DNA from: Octopus sinensis
Taxonomy: Eukaryota
Reading direction: 5' to 3'
Assembly (NCBI RefSeq): GCF_006345805.1
Contig: NW_021835393.1
Span: 1 to 47,279, forward strand
DNA: 47,279 nucleotides
This document shows, piece by piece, positions 10,644 to 24,581 of the stretch; the stretch's first letter is position 1; the number at the start of each line of letters is the position of its first letter. Under the pieces are notes generated by a model that had not been told where the DNA came from, searched no databases, and worked only from the letters and a program-made list of their open reading frames with translations. A program made the position numbers and the translations under genes.

Positions 10644-11796
10644 GCCATCCGCGAGTGTCGCGTTGCTCTCAAGCAACTATGCCGTCCTGCGTCAACCTTG
10701 AGTGACTCCATCACAACCAAAGCATTCTATAGGGGATTAGTGGAGGGGAGGTACGACGACGAGCTCGGGGCGAACCTGGACGTCGACGAGGAATACCTGA
10801 CCCGCCTGTTCGGGACGACTTTCGGGCCAGGGCCCATGGATAACTTCCAGAGATCCCTGGCCTGGCAGTGCTACCGAGAAGCGCTACCCGTTCGGGATAA
10901 GCTCTACAGACACGGCTCGAGAAACACGGGGCCGACCTGCCCGAGATGCGGTCAGAGCGACGAAACCGTTCTGCACGCACTCGTGCAGTGTCCAACACTT
11001 TCCGACCTGTGGGCTTATGTCGAACAACTGCTGTCACGTGTGGGACGAGTCGGTTTATCAGCTGAGTCTATGGTCAATATTGTCACGCCTCCTTCCTTCA
11101 AACGGGAAGGAAGAGCTATTTTCATCATCCTTGTGGCTATGGCGAAAGAATGTATCTGGTGGACGCGTCTGAAAGGATTGGAAACAAACACTTTCCTCTC
11201 TGGTCAACCTCTCATCAACTTCTTCAAGTACCACTTGAAAAGGAAAGTGAGAGTAGAGAGGCAAGTTTTGTCTAGCGAACGTTTTAAAAAAAGATGGGTG
11301 AATGTAGCAAGGATGGCATGTATGAATGACGAAGCCACCTTGAGCATAATCCTATGAACCCAGAAATTGAAAACAGAGGGTTACCCACTTGCAAACAAAT
11401 GTGGTAACATATAACAATATTGACCAAGGTTACCGTGGTCTCTTTCGTAGGCTTTTCTTCCCACGGATAAACCTTACTTACTTTCCCCTTTACACCATAC
11501 ATGATGACACTGTGATACACGATCCCTTTTGATCGTTTTTTTCCTCTCCCCCTTTTTTCCTTTTTTTTCTTCTTTTTTCATTTTTCTTTTCTTCTTTTCA
11601 CTTTTTCTTTTTTTATCCTTTTTTTCTTTTTTTTCTTTGCCTTTTTTCTTTTTTTCTTTTTTTTTGTTCTTTTATCCCTTTTACGATCCCTTTTGATCGA
11701 AAACCTACGCCACCCTTTTTTTTCTCCCCCCAAAGAAAAGCTCTACCTTGTAACTTGTCCCATCTGTGTGCAGCCCTGTGTGGCCAATAAAGAAAC
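10644..11796 (+). mobile_element. 5'-truncated Tx1/L1-clade LINE, copy 1
   Basis: ORF 10698-11357 with CPRC...ETVLHALVQC (CCHC) C-terminal motif; T-rich 3' UTR; AATAAA; joins (TATC)n. Confidence 0.85.
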
Positions 11797-11890
<94 letters not shown>

Positions 11891-11896
11891 ATCTAT

Positions 11897-12843
11897 GTAC
11901 GACGACGAGCTCGGGGCAAACCTGGGCGTCGACGAGGAATACCTGACCGCCTGTTTCAAACGACTTTCGGCCCGGGACCTATGGACAACTTCCGAGTCCC
12001 TGGCCTGGCGGTGCTACAGAAGCGCTACCCGTTCGGGATAAGCTCTATAGGCGGGCTCGAGAAACCCGGGCCGACCTGCCCGAGATGCGGCAGAGCGACG
12101 AACCGTTCTGCACGCAATCGTGCAGTGTCCAGCAATTTCCGACCTGTGGCTTATGTCGAACGACTGCTGTCACGTGTGGGACGTGTCGGTTTATCAGCGA
12201 GTCTATCGTTAATATCGTCACGCCTCCTTCCTTCAAACGGGAAGGAAGAGCTATTTTTATCATACTTGTGGCTATGGCGAAAGAATGTATCTGGTGGACG
12301 CGCCTGAAAGGATTAGAGACAAACACTTACCTCTCTGGTCATCTCTCATCAACTTCTTCAAGTATCACTTGAAGAGGAAAGTGAGAGTAGAGAGGCAAGT
12401 TTTGTCTAGTGAATGTTTTTTAAAAAATGAATAGGATGGTGATGTAGCAAGGATGGCACGATGAATGACGAAGCCACTTGACTATGATTCTATGAACCTA
12501 AAAATTAATACAGAGAGTTGCTTATTTGCAAAAAAAGAAATATAACATGTGACTTCATTGACCGAGGTTACCGTGGTCTTTTCCGTAGGCTTTTCTTTCA
12601 CGGTTAAACCTCACCTGTCCTCCCCTTTACACTTCATAGACATTCTGTGATAACGATCCCTATATTCATTTTTTTTTCTCTTTCCCCCACCCTTTTTTTA
12701 ACCCCTCCCTCTTTTGTCCTTTTTCTTCCCTTTACGATCCCTTTTGATCGAACCACCCACTCTCTTTTTTTTACCCCAAAAGAAAAGCTCTACTGTAATT
12801 GTATTTTCTGTGTGCAGCCTGTGTGGCTAGACAATAAAGAAAC
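11897..12843 (+). mobile_element. 5'-truncated Tx1/L1-clade LINE, copy 2 (frameshifted)
   Basis: Aligns with copy 1 from ~10752; ends aataaagaaac+(ATCT)n. Confidence 0.85.
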
Positions 12844-13040
12844 AATCTATCTATCTATCTATCTGTCTTTCTATCTATCTTTCACTCATCTATCTATCTA
12901 TCTAATCTATATTATCTATCTATCTATCTTCTATCTATCTATATCTCTAGCTATCTATTGTCTGTCTGTCTGTCTGTTGTCTGTCTATCTGTCTATCTAT
13001 CTATCTGTTCTGCTGCTATCTATCTATCTCTCTCTCTCTA

Positions 13041-14440
13041 AATGCTTTGGCTTCACACAACCAAGCATTCTATAGAGGGATTAGTGGAGGGGAGGTACGA
13101 CGACAGCTCGGGGCGAACTGGACGTCGACGAGGAGTACCTGACCCGACTGTTCAGGCCGACTTTGGGCCCGGGCCCATGGACAACTTCCAGAGATCCCTG
13201 GCCTGGCAGTGCTACCGAGAAGCGCAACCCGTTCGGGATAGCTCTACAGACACGGCTCGAGAAACACGGGGCCGACCTGCCGAGATGCGGTCAGAGCGAC
13301 GAAACCGTTCTGCACGCACTCGTGCAGTGTCCAACAAATTCCGACCTGTGGGCTTATGTCGAACAACTGCTGTCACGTGTGGGACGAGTCGGTTATCAGC
13401 TGAGTCTATGGTCAATATTGTCACGCCTCCTTCCTTCAAACGGGAAGGAAGAGCTATTTTCATCATCCTTGTGGCTATGGCGAAAGAATGTATCTGGTGG
13501 ACGCGTCTGAAAGGATTGGAGACAAACACTTTCCTCTCTCTGGTCATCTCTCATCAACTTCTTCAAGTACCACTTGAAAAGGAAAGTGAGAGTAGAGAGG
13601 CAAGTTTTGTCTAGCGAATGTTTTAAAAAAAGATGGGTGAATGTAGCAAGAATGGCACGTATGAATGACGAAGCCACCTTGAGCATGAACCCAGAAATTG
13701 AAAACAGAGAGTTGCTTATTCGCAAAAAAAAAAAAAGAAATATATGTGACTCCATTGACCGAGGCTACCGTGGTCTCTTCCGTAGGCTTTTCTTTCCACG
13801 GGTAAACCTCACCTGTCCTCCCCTTTACACTTCATATTTACATTTCTGTGATAACGATCCCTATTGATCACTCTTACTCTCTCTCTTTTTACTCTTTTTT
13901 TACTCTTTTTACATGTTTCAGTCATTTGACTGCGGCCATGCTGGAGCACCGCCTTTAGTCGAGCAACTCGACCCCGGGACTTATTCTTTGTAAGCCCAGT
14001 ACTTATTCTATCGGTCTCTTTTGCCGAACCTCTAGTGACGGGGACGAAACACCACCAGCATCGGTTGTCAAGCAATGCTAGGGGAACAAACACAGACACA
14101 CAACATATTCACACACACCATTATATATATATATACAATATATACGACAGGCTTCTTTCAGTTTCTGTCTACCAAATCCACTCACAAGGCATTGGTCGGC
14201 CCTGGGCTATAGCAGAAGACACTTGCCCAAGATGCCACCAATTTTATTTTATTTTATTTTATTTTTTTTCCTCTCCCCCTTTTTTTTAACCCCCCTTTTT
14301 TTGTCCTCTTTCTCTCCTTTTACGATCCCTTTTGATCGAAACTCCCCCTTCCTTTTTTTTTTTTCTAAACCTTCAAAAGAAAAGCTCTACCTTGTAATTT
14401 GTTCTATCTGTGTGCAGCCCTGTGTGGCTAATAAAGAAAC
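13041..14440 (+). mobile_element. 5'-truncated Tx1/L1-clade LINE, copy 3, interrupted by a SINE
   Basis: Aligns with copy 1 over 13041-13868 and resumes at ~14240-14440. Confidence 0.85.
13869..14239 (-). mobile_element. SINE family A (head truncated) nested in LINE 3' UTR
   Basis: Family A body and tail sequence. Confidence 0.88.
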
Positions 14441-15032
<592 letters not shown>

Positions 15033-15265
15033 TTCACCGTAAATTTCCCGAAGAATTACACAGTAAGAGTATAAACCATCGACCTGTATTACTAATTTTT
15101 TTACAACTTGCATTGTTTTGGCTTTAAAAATCTATTTTAAAAGATTTATATGTATGTGACAGTGCACACACTCTAACACACACACACACACACACATACA
15201 CAAACGCACACACATATACACATATAGGATTATACAATTATTTGCATTGAAATCAAGAGGATATG

Positions 15266-15701
15266 GGATCTTTTCGGTTTGAGCGGCAGTTTTTTCTTGC
15301 GGTGTCATATGAAATTGTCACCCATAATGATGACCCTAGTATCGATCTATTGCATTTCAATCTGTTTTAGGGTTAGGGTTAGTTAGGTTTAGTGGTGGGG
15401 GGAAGGGTATCTTTTTTTCTTTCTTCACAAAGATAAATAAACCAAATCTGTTTCCTAAACGAGGGACATATTCATACGGCACAGAATGTTTTTTTTTACC
15501 TCAATGGACGTCCTTGATTGGTTGAAATTCCAGAAATTGAAGAAAATAAACAACAAATATCTTAAAAACTATAGAATTTTCTCAATAAAGCCAAGAGAAA
15601 AAGATGTTTTATAAACACATTCTACCAGTATACGAGGTTTAAAATTTTTTTAGTTACGTGGAAATTATTTTAAAAAACTGCCGTTCAAACCGAAAAGGTC
15701 C
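15266..15701. mobile_element. MITE, Merlin-like, 9-bp TSD
   Basis: ~30-bp TIRs ggatcttttcggtttga.cggcagtttttt / aaaaaactgccgttcaaaccgaaaaggtcc; TSD gaggatatg at 15257-15265 and 15702-15710. Confidence 0.85.
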
Positions 15702-15720
15702 GAGGATATGTTTTACTTAC

Positions 15721-15827
15721 TCCCGACTTCATCTTTGTGAGAAAAATCGTATTTTTCCTCATTTCCACTTTTTCTTTTGACGTCTGTCCAACGATTGTTA
15801 GCATACACGATCTTAATGCTCAGGTTA
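15721..15827 (-). CDS. Coding exon 4 of PAN-domain gene
   Basis: tttcag acceptor, GTAAGT donor; 107 nt, phase 2 to phase 1; NLSIKIVYANNRWTDVKRKSGNEEKYDFSHKDEVG. Confidence 0.8.
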
Positions 15828-15900
15828 CTGAAACTGATATATTAAAATTAATAAATTTAATAAACTTAATAGTAAAAAAAATCTGATAACATTTTTATTA

Positions 15901-16478
15901 CAGGAGTGGCTGTGTGGTAAGTAGCTTGCTTACCAACCACATGGTTCCGGGTTCAGTCCCACTGCGTGGCTCCTTGGGCAAGTGTCTTCTACTATAGCCT
16001 CAGGCCGACCAAAGCCTTGTGAGTGGATTTGGTAGACGGAAACTGAAAAGAAGCCCGTCATATATATGTATATATAGGTGCAGGAGTATATATAGGTGCA
16101 GGAGTGGCTGTGTGGTAAGTAGCTTCCTTACCAACCACATGGTTCCGGGTTCAGTCCCACTGCGTAACACCTTGGGCAAGTGTCTTCTACTATAGCCTCA
16201 GGCCGACCAAAGCCTTGTGAGTGGATTTGGTAGACGGAAACTGAAAGAAGCCCGTCGTATGTATGTATATATATTTGTTTGCTTGTGTTTGTCCCAAAAT
16301 CGCTTGACAACTGATGCTGGTGTATTTACGTCCCTGTAACTTAGCGGTTCGGCAAAAGAGACCGATAGAATAAGTACTGGGCTTACAAAGAATAAGTCCC
16401 GAGATCGAGTTGCTCGATTAAAGGCGGTGCTCCAGCATGGCCGCAGTCAAATGTCTGAAACAAGTAAAAGAGTAAAGA
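15901..16478 (+). mobile_element. Two tandem SINE family A copies (head half 15901-16075; full 16095-16478)
   Basis: Family A sequence. Confidence 0.9.
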
Positions 16479-16547
16479 ATGGAAAAAGAACTACCTATGG
16501 AACAATTAGTCGAAAGTGTTAATTATGAGTAAGAAGATTGTTTATAC

Positions 16548-16693
16548 TTCTCATGGAAAATAAATTGCACTGGATACCAAGTCGGATGAGACTCAGAAAT
16601 GATTTTATCTTTCTGGAACCACGATGTGGAATTTGTCCCTATTCCATTGAAAGTTATTACGTAATCAATTGATCTTTTCAACCGAAATTCCAC
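16548..16693 (-). CDS. Coding exon 3 of PAN-domain gene
   Basis: tttactttctatttccag acceptor, GTATAA donor; 146 nt, phase 0 to phase 2; VEFRLKRSIDYVITFNGIGTNSTSWFQKDKIISESHPTWYPVQFIFHE. Confidence 0.8.
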
Positions 16694-16977
16694 CTGGAAA
16701 TAGAAAGTAAACCCGGACGTGTAGTGAATCTGAGAGAGTGAGGGAGGACAGAGTTGTAGGAAGAGAAAGGAGATTAGGATGTCATGTAAGGAGAGAGTAG
16801 GAGGGCGAGAATGAGATGGAGAGGACAGTGGGGGAAAGAGTAAGACTTTGAGTGCAAGAGAAAAAGACTAGAGAAGACAAGAGATAGGAGGAAGAGGAGG
16901 AGGAGAGAGAGAAGAAGAAGCGAAATGCAATGTAGCGTTAGAAGGGCAAAGCTAAGAGAGAGGGAGAGAAAGATTTT

Positions 16978-17284
16978 GTGAGTGTTTATTGAGCGAAAAC
17001 ACCTAAAGCTCCACGAGGCTCCGGCAGGGATGCTGGTGATCCCCGCTGTACTCTTTCACCACAACTTTCTCTCACTCTTACTTCCTGTTTCTGTTGTACC
17101 TGTATTTCAAAGGGCCGGCCTTGTCACTCTCTGTGTCACGCTGAATATACCCGAGAACTACGTTAAGGGTACACGTGTCTGAGGAGTGCTCAAGAAACAC
17201 TCACAACGCCCGGTCTGGGAGTCGAAACCGCGTTCCTATGACCGCGAGTCCCCTGCCCTAACCACTGGACCATTGCGCCTCCAC
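16978..17284. mobile_element. SINE family C pieces in opposite orientations (body + 16978-17195; tRNA head - 17196-17284)
   Basis: Matches 27608-27918; head gtggaggcgcaatgg.ccagtggttagggcag...gtttcga.tccc. Confidence 0.75.
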
Positions 17285-17318
17285 ACACGAAAATACGAAT
17301 ATTGCAGATAAGGAAAAA

Positions 17319-17492
17319 GACGGTGAGCTGGCAGAATCGTTAGCAGGTCGGGGAAAATGCTTACTGGCATTTCGTCCGTCGCTGCGTTCTGAGTTCGATC
17401 TCCGCCGAAGTCGGCGTTACCTTTCATCATTTCTGGGTCAATAGAATAAGTACTAGTTGAGTACCGGGGTGGATGTAATCGGCCTATCCCCA
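17319..17492 (+). mobile_element. SINE family B, diverged
   Basis: Family B head and body. Confidence 0.8.
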
Positions 17493-17534
17493 CACTAAAA
17501 TATTGGTGTCCTTTTACTAGAATTTGAAACAGAT

Positions 17535-17700
17535 AGGCGCAGGAGTGGCTGGGTGGTAAGTAGCTTGGTTACCAACCACATGGTTCCGGGTTCAGTCCCA
17601 CTGCGTGGCACCTTGGGCAAGTGTCTTCCACTATAGCCTCGGGCCGACCAGAGCCTTGTGAGTGGATTTGGTAGACGGAAACTGAAAGAAGCCCGTCGTG

Positions 17701-17767
<67 letters not shown>

Positions 17768-17969
17768 TTTTGTGTCTGTGTTTGTCCCCCTAGCATTGCT
17801 TGACAACCGATGCTGGTGTGTTACTTAGCGGTTCGGCAAAGGAGACCCATAGAATAAGTACTGGGCTTACAAAGAGTAAGTCCCGGGGTCAAGTTGCTCG
17901 ATTAAAGGCGGTGCTCCAGCATGGCCGCAGTCAAATGACTGAAACAAATAAAAGAGTAAAAGAGTAAGA
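17535..17969 (+). mobile_element. SINE family A
   Basis: Family A sequence with internal (AT)/(GT) run. Confidence 0.9.
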
Positions 17970-17999
17970 GATATGAAAGTGAAAGAGAACCTTCAGAAA

Positions 18000-18740
18000 A
18001 TATGAAGATGGAAAGCCCCGGAACCAGATGATGCTCAGAAATTTTGGTTCAGAATTCTCTCAAGAATTCACAGGTATACACAGCCGTATTTTACTGACTG
18101 CATAAAAATGGAGCACTAACAAGGATGGCAAAATGAGAGGCGGTGCTGATACAGAATAACAAAGAAACGAGAGAGGAAGTCAATAAGTATAGACTTGTTA
18201 AATGCTTACCATTTCTCTGGAAACTATTAACTGGACTTATAGTAAATGAAATATGTAAGGGAGAATTTATTGCCTGAAGAACAAAAGGGATGCAGAAAGA
18301 AGTCAAAGGAGACTACTGATCTGCTGTATGTTGATAGCATGTTATTAAATGAGGGACGAAAGGAATTTAAACGTTGGCTGGTAAGCAAAAATTAAAAAAA
18401 ACCCCAGATATTATAGCAGATGACGAAGAAGGGAAGAAAAACAGAGTAAACTCATAAGTTTTGTAATACCATATAACAGAAAGGATATCAAAGAAATTCA
18501 GAACATTGAAAATATCAAGACCTATCAAAAGAAATGAAAGGATTGTGCAAGACTAAGACGACAACTATTCCTCCTGTGAATTGATGCAGTTGGCACAAAC
18601 TACTACCTAAGGGGCTGAAATGTGGTGGAATTGGGACTCAGATTGACGCCCAGCAGAAAAGTGCATTCCTTTATTCTGCAAGAATCTAAAAACAGATTCT
18701 TGTGATTTGGGGAGACTTATGGGTCAAGGTTAAACAACAA
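18000..18740 (+). pseudogene. Heavily decayed R4/Dong-like (RLE-type) LINE fragment
   Basis: Broken frames spell YRxxxCLPFLWKLLTG, LLPEEQKGCRK, DLLYVD, then PDI and ENIKTYQ..QKSAFLYSARI resembling the RLE tail. Confidence 0.6.
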
Positions 18741-18895
18741 GAACAAAATGGACAGTGCTTAGGGCACTAAAGACACACCATTGCAATATCGAAAAACAAA
18801 AGGTAAAAGTCAAATAGCCCAAAGGTAGGAGATTGACAAATATGCAGATTGTTTATTAAAATTTGGAGAATTTTGTAATTTCAAAAATTCATTAC

Positions 18896-18987
18896 CTTTT
18901 CAATAGGAAATTTGTCCCAGTATAAATAAATAAGATTTCTTGTAAATGAGTTTTCGGTTACTTCAAATACTTTCTGCCAGCCTTTAT
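18896..18987 (-). CDS. Coding exon 2 of PAN-domain gene
   Basis: ttttattgcatatgcag acceptor, GTAATG donor; 92 nt, phase 1 to phase 0; KGWQKVFEVTENSFTRNLIYLYWDKFPIEK. Confidence 0.85.
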
Positions 18988-19163
18988 CTGCATATGCAAT
19001 AAAAGTAAATCATTTAGACCTAGATGTACATACAAGATGTTAAACCGTAAACGGCAGGAAAGGGTCACATGAATGTGTGTGAGAGAAGGGGCAAAACGAA
19101 AAAATGTCTCTTTTCTTTTTCAAGGTAACATTTATACTTACTTTCACTTTCATTTAGTGCAAA

Positions 19164-19667
19164 TCTATATATATAAAACTCTAGTTGTGTGAGTGTCTGT
19201 CCCCTTCGATTTAGATTCCTAACTCCTCCCGCATTTTGCGGTGCAGCTTAACCAAATTCGGGTATCTTATAGTTGTGATTCATATCGAGCCCGTCTGACT
19301 ATTAGCGCGCGTCAACGATGAGTCTACGATTTTAAAAATAATTTAACATCATTTTTTATTCCATTTTAATGCATAAAATGCATCGTATGTCGATGGCGGC
19401 GGAGTTGGCGTCCACGCTCACAGCTGCACCTGTTTGCTTCTCCCCCTTCCCTCCCTCGTGAAGTGTGGGGAAGGGTGTGTAAGAAATCAACGTCGTAATG
19501 CGTTGTGAAGGAAACCAGCGTTCTTTTAGAACAACGACTTCATGGCTTGAAGACACCAAAACAAAAATGGCTAAGAAAGCCCGAATTTATAAGGGAAGTA
19601 ACTCTCTAAAAATGCTTATATAGTTATTTCCCTTACAAACCCGAGCAACGCCGGGCGATACTGCTAG
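19164..19667 (+). mobile_element. Complete non-autonomous Helitron (504 bp)
   Basis: a|TCtatatatataaa start; subterminal hairpin cccgagcaacgccggg; CTAG|t end. Confidence 0.85.
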
Positions 19668-19779
19668 TACTAACTAAAATAATTGTTAGGCGAAGGAGTG
19701 GCTGTGTGGTAAGTAGCTTGCTTAGTATATTTGTGGTGGAGTGACTGTGTAGCGGACTGGATTATGGTTGTATTGAGGG

Positions 19780-20200
19780 TTAGTTAGTTAGTTAGTTAAT
19801 TTTTTGGCTCAAAAAGCAAAAAGCAAGGCCATGTAGGGGGACATGGAGTTATGTACAGGGTGGTGTTCATGTAAAGAGTTCAGGCCACTTGTGGTCAAGA
19901 GAGACTTTGAACCGAGCGGTCGTCGGCATCTTCACTATCTCGTCCGGCAGCTTATTCCACGGATCCGCAACCCGGACGGAGAAAGCCCCTCTCCTTCGAT
20001 TGAGATGAAATCGTCGCAGGTAGAGCTTTTCGGAATGACCCCGCAGCCGACGCTCTGGAGCAGGAGTGAAGAACAGCTCTTTCGAGAGGTTACACTTTCC
20101 GCTTATCATGTTGTTATATTGTCTATGGTTGATGTGGTTTGGGTTAAATTTATTTTTAATATTGTAATGTGGGTGGAAGGAGAAGTTATGTTGTATAGTT
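19780..20200 (-). mobile_element. 3' fragment of a CR1-like LINE
   Basis: LRGHSEKLYLRRFHLNRRRGAFSVRVADPWNKLP matches the CR1 ORF2 C-terminus; (ACTA)n tail. Confidence 0.8.
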
Positions 20201-20317
20201 AGGTTGTGTCTAGTTGAATGATTGAAGTAACCATATTGAGGGTTAAGTCTCGGGGTAAATTCTTCCATTGATTGTGAGATGATGGAGGTAGATTGGTAGG
20301 TATTAATTTTTTTATTT

Positions 20318-20504
20318 TTACTTTTACCTTTTACTTGTTTCAGTCATGTGACTGTGGCCATGCTGGAGCGCCGCCTTTAGTCGAGCAAATCGACCCCGGG
20401 ACTTATTCTATCGGGCTCTTATGCCGAACCGCTAAGTTACGGGGACGTAAACACACCAGCATAGGTTGTCAAGCGATGTTGGGGAGACAAACGCAGACAC
20501 ACAA

Positions 20505-20555
<51 letters not shown>

Positions 20556-20900
20556 CATACACATATACGACAGGCTTCTTTCAGTTTCCATCTACCAAAT
20601 CCACTCACAAAGCTTGGTCGGCCCGAGGCTATAGTAGAAGACACTTGCCCAAGGTGCCACGCAGTGGGACTGAATCCGGAACCATGTGGTTGGTAAACAA
20701 GCAACTTACCACACACCCACTACTGCGCCTATATACGACGGGCTTTTTTCAGTTTCCATCTACCAAATCCACTCACAAGGCTTTGGTCGGCCCGAGGCTA
20801 TAGTAGAAGACACTTGCCCAAGGTGCCACGCAGTGGGACTGAACCCGGAACCATGTGGTTGGTAAACAAGCTACTTACCACACAGCCACTCCTACGCCTA
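20318..20900 (-). mobile_element. SINE family A with a tandem extra head (20731-20900)
   Basis: Family A sequence. Confidence 0.9.
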
Positions 20901-21149
20901 TTGGTTCCCAAAAGTTTAGGATTGTCTGGAAGTTTCGATGGCACCTTTGATTTGTATGTAGGATGTCTTGAGGATTACGTCCAGATTTTCAATTATGGGT
21001 TGAATTCCCGATTGTTGTTTGAAAGTTATTTTGGGGTGCAAGAGAGGTCAGGTCAGTGGAGTTGTGTACCCTAGACGGTCTGTGGTTTGTGTTAGATAAG
21101 CATTGGGTCATTTCTGTGTATGTTTTTGGTTTATTTTTCCTCAGGAAGG

Positions 21150-22015
21150 GGTTGGCGAAAGCGTCGTGGTGGACAACGAATAACCTGGGTGATGACAGTC
21201 AAGGCTGATCTGGAACCCAACCTACGAAGCAATTGCCCCAGCTCCCCTTCAGGGTTGTCGAAAGCGTCGTGGTGGACAACGAAAAATCTGGCTGATGACA
21301 GTCAAGGCTGATCTGGAACCCAACCTACGAAGCAATTGCCCCAGATTCCCTTCAGGGTTGGCGAAAGTGATGTGGTGGACAACGAAAAACCTGGCTGATG
21401 ACAGTCAAGGCTGATCTGGAACCCAACCTACGAAGCAATTGCCGCAGATCCCCTTCAGGGTTGGCGAAAGTGATGTGGTGGACAACGAAAAACCTGGCTG
21501 ATGACAGTCAAGGCTGATCTGGAACTCAACCTACGAAGCAATTGCCGCAGATCCCCTTCACGGTTGGCGAAAGTGATGTGGTGGACAACGAAAAACCTGG
21601 CTGATGACAGTCAAGGCTGATCTGGAACCCAACCTACGAAGCAATTGCCCCAGATCCCCTTCAGGGTTGGCGAAAGTGATGTGGTGGACAACGAAAAACC
21701 TGGTTGATGACAGTCAAGGCTGATCTGGAACTCAACCTACGAAGCAATTGCCCCAGATCCCCTTCAGGGTTGGCGAAAGTGATGTGGTGGACAACGAAAA
21801 ACCTGGCTGATGACGGTGAAGGCTGATCTGGAACCCAACCTAAGCCCCCATATCTACGGCTTTCGCCGCTGGAATAAGGAGTGGTTGGAGACAACGCGGT
21901 CGTTAGCCTCAAATCGCCAGGCCTGGTTGGCGTTTGTGAGAAATGCAGCATTGAGGATAAATGAAACCAGCCCAACCCACCCCGGGTGAATACTGTAAGA
22001 AGAAGAAAGAAGAAG
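21150..22015 (+). mobile_element. RTE-like LINE 3' end with a 103-bp segment amplified ~6.7 times
   Basis: Units at 21150, 21253, 21356, 21459, 21562, 21665, 21768; GWRKRRGGQRKTW...NRQAWLAFV motifs; (AAG)n tail. Confidence 0.8.
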
Positions 22016-22185
22016 GAAGGGGTTATCCGATGCGTTTTCTATGTTGAACTGTGTCTCGTAGATTAATAAAGAAATTGGCTTGTCTTTCCCATCGTTGTAG
22101 GGTTAGGGTTAGGGTTAGGTTTTCTTCAGCTTCGCAAGTTATTTTCCACAGTTTAAAAACACTTTCCAAGCGTTGACCATCTCTC

Positions 22186-22594
22186 TCTTTACTCTTTTAC
22201 TCTTTTACTTGTTTCAGTCATTTGACTGCGGCCATGCTGGAGCACCACCTTTAATCGAGCAACTCGACACCGGGACTTATTCTTTTGTAAGCCCAGTACT
22301 TATTCTATCGGTCTCTTTTGCCGAACCGCTAAGTAACGGGGACATAAACACGCCAGCATCGGTTGTCAAGCAATGCTAGGGGGACAAACACAGACATACA
22401 AACACACACACGCATATATATACATATATACGACGGGCTTCTTTCAGTTTCCGTCTACTAAATCCACTCACAAGGCTTTGGTCAGCCCGAGGCTATAGTA
22501 GAAGACACTTGCCCAAGGTGCCACGCAGTGGGACTGAACCCAGAACCATGTGGTTGGTAAACAAGCTACTTACCACACAGCCACTCCTGCGCCT
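22186..22594 (-). mobile_element. SINE family A
   Basis: Family A sequence. Confidence 0.9.
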
Positions 22595-22945
22595 GAATGT
22601 TTCTTTAATTCGTTGTAGAGTTCCTCATCGATGTTTTAAAAATTTTTTTTCATTGCTTAGCGCTCTAAGCTTAAGGAGTTCGATTTCTGTTTTCATTTTG
22701 TCCAATTTTAGTTTCTCTCTTACTTGCTTTTCTTGGTCCAGCTCGTTTGGAATAAGTTTAATTTGAATTTATGAGGCAAAATTATTGGTGCAGAATTTAA
22801 CCAACGTTCATAAATTTCTGCCTTGTGGTTGTTTTTAACCGTATTCCAGAAAGAAAATTCAAGTTTTTCGTTCCATATGTGGATAATGCGGTTTTTAATT
22901 GATAGTGTAAGCGCGGAGGGGGTTCTATCTTGTGTGTCATCTGTA
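22595..22945 (-). pseudogene. Decayed transposon ORF fragment (ORF1-like coiled-coil region)
   Basis: WNEKLEFSFWNTVKNNHKAEIYERW..ILPHKF then frameshift to EKQVREKLKLDKMKTEIELLKLR; no usable splice sites. Confidence 0.4.
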
Positions 22946-22954
22946 TATATACAT

Positions 22955-23180
22955 ATCTTTACTACCCACAAGGGGCTAAACATAGATAGGACAAACAAGG
23001 ACAGACAAAGGGATGAAGTCGATTACATCGACCCCAGTGCGTAACTGGTACTTAATTTATCGACCCCGAAAGGACGAAAGACAAAGTCGACCTCGGCGGA
23101 ATTTGAACTCAGAACGTATCGACAGACGAAATACGGCTACGCATTTCGCCCGGCGTGCTAACGTTTCTGCCAGATCGCCT
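22955..23180 (-). mobile_element. SINE family B
   Basis: Family B sequence. Confidence 0.88.
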
Positions 23181-24175
<995 letters not shown>

Positions 24176-24256
24176 CATTTGTATATAAACACATAGAATA
24201 TTGATTAAAATATGTAATAATTAGAAAAGCATACAGGAAAATGTTGATTTACATAC

Positions 24257-24581
24257 CGTTTCCCTTGGCCGAAATATACGATGAACAGTTGCAATCATAA
24301 TCTTCGATGTATTTGTCGTGGAACAATCGGTGCATATAACATCGGCCATTACAATAGGTAAAATATTCACACTCATCGCGTGAAATACACAGAATTGAAC
24401 ATTCTAAACGAGATGACGCTTTTTCTGTAGTTTTATTCTGATCAGTTAAGCATTTTGTTGTGAGTTTTCTGAATTGGCTTTCTCTATACGTTGATTGTCC
24501 AATTACAGGAGTTACGGAAAATACAAGCGTCAAATATGGCAGCAATAGGAGAATCAAATGATATTGAATTGATGTTTCCAT
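24257..24581 (-). CDS. Coding exon 1 of secreted PAN/apple-domain protein (signal peptide + PAN domain)
   Basis: ttttcag|gaATG acceptor (24584-24585); METSIQYHLILLLLPYLTLVFSVTPVIG hydrophobic leader; C..SRLECSILC..DECEYFTYCNGRCYM apple-type Cys pattern; GTATGT donor at 24256, phase 1. Confidence 0.88.

Noticed and set aside
15033-15085. Alternative last exon after exon 4
   Set aside because: A-rich, weak acceptor; 10424-10473 has a strong acceptor and a paralogous match
21280-21350. HHR-like motif in the 103-bp unit (ctgg-CTGATGA...GAAGCAATTGCC-ccag)
   Set aside because: GAAG instead of GAAA, no helix II joining the core, and the sequence is explained as RTE coding DNA
22098-22120. TTAGGG repeats (also 15367-15382, 30668-30680)
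   Set aside because: Only 2-4 units, inside repeats; not a telomere or fusion site
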